Both the position numbers and the translations under genes were made by a program. From contig NW_026931392.1 in the NCBI RefSeq assembly GCF_032062105.1, positions 124,001-188,000 of the forward strand: DNA of 64,000 nt, read 5' to 3'. The notes beneath the pieces were generated by a model. The model ran no database searches. It was given only the letters and a program-made list of their open reading frames with translations, and was not told where the DNA came from. Positions 60,437 to 64,000 of the stretch are shown here, in pieces. Every line of letters begins with the position of its first letter. Positions within the stretch are counted from its first letter, which is position 1. This DNA comes from Saccostrea cucullata (Eukaryota).

Positions 60437-61849
60437 ACTCCTTACTCTACTAGAGTGAACTCTCTAACTTCTGTACAGTATTCTCAAAATTATATCTCAC
60501 ATGGTCAAAACAAAACGTAATTTTTTTTCTTTGCATTTATCATCGAGTATTTGCAAACCCTCATTACATGAATAAATGAAAAAAAAACAACATTGGAATG
60601 ACTTGTGCTTCAAAACTAAATGTAGCTTCTATGGCGGAGAAAAAAAAAAGTCGATTTTAGTCAGTTATATTTATGGAAACATTGATGTTAACCTGCAGTT
60701 TGTAAATAAAAGATTCACAAGTCTCTGTTTTGATCAGGTACTCTCGTCTAGATTACAGCTTTTGAAGATGCCATCTTCAAATGACACACACAAAGGCTTC
60801 AAATTGAGCTTCCCAGTCAAACATCAAAGCATTAATTAGACAAAACTGTGCTGCTACTTAACAAATTATGTAAGCTGAGGTTTGAGTACGCGGATAATCC
60901 CCTCTTTAAAAAATAAAACTACAACCCTAAAAAATTATCTTGTTCTATTGAGCAGGCCTTAAAGTCTTCCGATAATTTTGACATGCGTTTGAAAATGAAT
61001 ACTGTTTCAATTCTGTATAATATGGAAAGAGAAACTTTAATGCGTGTGAGAAGTTAAACAATCACAGAATAACGTTTCTTTTGAAAAGAGATCGATCAAC
61101 TTTGGAAGAAAGCAATCAATTTGAAAATAATGGAAAAAAACATGTTTTAGAAAACGTAAGGAATACATTTTCCTATTTGATGTTTATGCTGAAATACTTC
61201 AATTCATTTCACTGCAGATAACTGAATATTGATAAAAAAAAAACGTTTATTGCTTTCAAGACCTTATTATTTGCAATAGATATTAAAACTTATTTTTGTG
61301 ATGGGCTGACAGACCATCAAAGCGAGAGGAAACCTCCTGGGCCTACAATACCAGCCAATGAATTCAAAATAAAACTTCCATTTTGCCGTATATTTTGTCT
61401 CCTCTAACTCCCTGTACTTCATTTGCTTGTGTTTCATCTGAATTAGTGGGAAAATTATGGCGCACAAAGGAATAAATTATTTCAATTTCAAGCAGTTACT
61501 ATAAATTTTTGGCCAGAATGATTCTTCCAAATTATTGGACAAAAGTTCAGTTAATGCGATCTGCTTCATCTCAACGCTTTCATCTCTTCTTGATCGATAA
61601 GTTAGTAATAAAACATTATGATGACCCCCGAGACAAAGAAAATTACATCAACACTGCATATCAGATCCTGTGACGCACCTCGAAGTGAAGTAATAATAGA
61701 TTTTGACAGGGAACCGAAAGACTCCAGGTTTTAAGGGAAAAAAGGCATTTCTGGATTATTTAGCTCTTGAAAAAGTCCTATGAAAAATTAAAACAAACTA
61801 CATAAATAGTAAACAAACTCTATTGTTATCTCATTTAGCATAGACAAAC

Positions 61850-61990
61850 TATCTTTGAGTCAAATATTGACAAATTGTAAGGCAATTTTTACACAAGTTT
61901 TTCCTTTTATACGATTGGGACAAGGAGCACAAGGCAGGTGTAACCCGTCGACAGGGTATGTTTCTTCCTTTATGGCACCTGATTCCAAAT
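61850..61990 (+). mobile_element. 3' tail fragment of Penelope-like retroelement
   Basis: GACAAGGAGCACAAGGCAGGTGTAACCCGTCGACAGGG.ATG...TGGCACCTGAT closely matches 52857-52922. Confidence 0.72.
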
Positions 61991-63240
61991 GTTTGTGTTT
62001 TGCTCTACTCCTTATTAATATTGTTCCAGTTGACTTTTAAGCCTAATAACTGTTCGTTATCTCCATTTTCATGCATATAATTGTTTGTCCATCGTTCTAG
62101 ATACCTGTTGGGTGGAAAACAAAATCATGTTTACGTATTTTGAAGATCTTTTGGGTAACATTATTTGACATTTCCCTTTAAACATTTGAACTATTCTTCT
62201 AGCAAACAAAGCCACTGGACAATGCTGAACAGAAAAAGTCATACGTGTAATAGAAAAATGTCATACATACAATAGAGAAAATAAGCACAGAAAACATGAA
62301 GAAAAACAAAAGAAAGAGATACATGACCAAAACGAAGAAGGGCATATGTAGAAGACATGTTTTGGTGCTCTTCATAGATCTCCACAAGGAAAAAAAGAAA
62401 TAGTGGGTATGTAATTACAGACAACCTAACCAAAACAACCGTTAATTCAATAAGACAGAATCCCATGAACATTTAATGTCAGTCACCTGTAAGAGACACA
62501 AATGCACTGACAAAAAGCGGTCAACTATACACCCAAGGTTAATCTTTATTGAAAGAAGATGTCGCAATATGTCACTGATGCTGCAAACTTAGCATGATTT
62601 ATTTCTTTATTCTTTTATTTCCCTGTGGGGCAGAATTATCTAATCCATTAAGCTTTATGGACTGACACATTACAGATGTTTTCTTACACTTTTTAACTAC
62701 TGTACATAATTGAAAAGTTAAACTCCAGGTTTAAACTTTTCTTTGATCACATAATTAAGAGTAATAAAAACTAACTGACTTCTTTTGTGGAAAACAAAGT
62801 CAAGCTATATGGAGCATAAAACATTGTTGAACATTAAATTTACATGAGACGCTGTGTAATGGTATTGGTATTTTTCCTATTCATTGTTTTGGGAACACAA
62901 CAAAGGCTGTTTACTAGGTATAGCCAGTAGCCCTATTTACAGCTCAGACAAGTGAGTGATGGTATTGTAATGGGCTGTGGCACATAGACTCCTATATTCC
63001 ATGTTATAACCACTGTATAATCAACATATAGCACCCATTTCATGCCTGAGAAGCATGTTTATAGAGAACACAATCAATTCTTAAAGGACTTCAGCAGACA
63101 ATGCATATTACTGATTCAATCAACAACAGCAAGCCATGCTGGTTCTCAAACAAATTTCATTTTTCATATTGAAATTTTGTCAAATTTACATTCTTGTTAG
63201 AAAAGAAGTTTTAATATTCATATTATGTACATTGATTTAA

Positions 63241-63903
63241 GGTAGTCCGATCCTCAGGTCTATAAAATTAGCATTTAAGTAATCAACAATGCTCATAAAA
63301 GTATCTCTGAATCCATAAAGTTATGTAAATTTATCCACAGTATTTCTTTAAAGTTAAAGATTTGAGTAAATCATATTATATAGGGAAAATTGTCCAATAT
63401 TTTTGCAGAAAAAGCGAATTGGAATATCAGCTATGCATTTTCTAATTGCAAATTGATCAACAAATATATTATAGGTTAAAATACGATAGGTATCCAGGCA
63501 TTCAGAAATATTGTCATGAATTTTATACTTATTTGGTATTTTTTGTCTTCTATTTCCATCATGTTTTCTATAATACATATTGTAAAAGGCTTTTGCTATC
63601 TTTGCAAGACAACACAAATCACTTCTTATTTCATAACATGCTAATAAGCATTGGTATCAAAGCTGGATTCAAGAAAATCTTACTTCTCTAAAATTGTATT
63701 AATTTTTTTTTTCGTTTTATAGGGTACAAATGTCAACTTTTTAAAAGACCTTTTCTAAGACTTCCAAAAACCTTTAATCTTCTAAAGATGAATAAAATGA
63801 AAATTGTTGCATGAAAAATTTTCATTTCAAGCCTCATATTGATGCATTTTAAATTAAATATTAATTTTTGGAGTTATGCTTCCTGGCTGAGGATCGGATA
63901 TCC
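63241..63903. mobile_element. Kolobok-like non-autonomous DNA transposon
   Basis: TTAA|GGTAGTCCGATCCTCAG ... CTGAGGATCGGATATCC|TTAA: TIRs with GG/CC termini and a TTAA target duplication. Confidence 0.82.
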
Positions 63904-64000
63904 TTAATGCACACTTCATAATGGCTCTACATCAAAAACTTCATAGGAACAGCAAAAGAGAAAATATGAATGATCACTTTTTATCACTAGCAACGTTAAC

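Noticed and set aside
62199-62472. Hydrophobic minus-strand ORFs resembling membrane proteins
   Set aside because: Result of an A-rich plus strand (T-rich codons); no recognisable domain or splice support
27777-64000. Remaining 60-100 aa ORFs in the track
   Set aside because: Short, often starting at non-ATG codons, with F/I/K/L-biased composition expected from AT-rich non-coding DNA

Overview
AT-rich animal genomic DNA, most likely an oyster or other bivalve, judged from the repeat families (166-bp Cg170-type satellite inside a Helentron-like element, oyster-type tRNA SINE). The window is dominated by one minus-strand gene, a Dscam (Down syndrome cell adhesion molecule) orthologue. By hand I could join 35 GT-AG coding exons with compatible phases, from a signal-peptide exon at 43584-43641 to a cytoplasmic exon running off the left edge: SP, Ig1-9, FN1-4, Ig10, FN5-6, TM, cytoplasmic tail, about 1995 codons in the window. 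I saw no arthropod-type arrays of mutually exclusive exons. Several candidate regulatory or diversification features are visible: a tandemly duplicated Ig7 exon end with a second donor, an intronic stop plus poly(A) signal just before the TM exon, and a uORF cluster that may sit in an optional 5'UTR intron. Introns and upstream DNA carry many non-autonomous elements (hAT, Harbinger, Kolobok and TA-type MITEs, SINEs, a TRIM with tRNA-derived LTRs, Penelope-like remnants). 44-64 kb is mostly intergenic, with a possible decayed multi-exon pseudogene at about 53-62 kb. Family names come from recalled knowledge; no searches were run.
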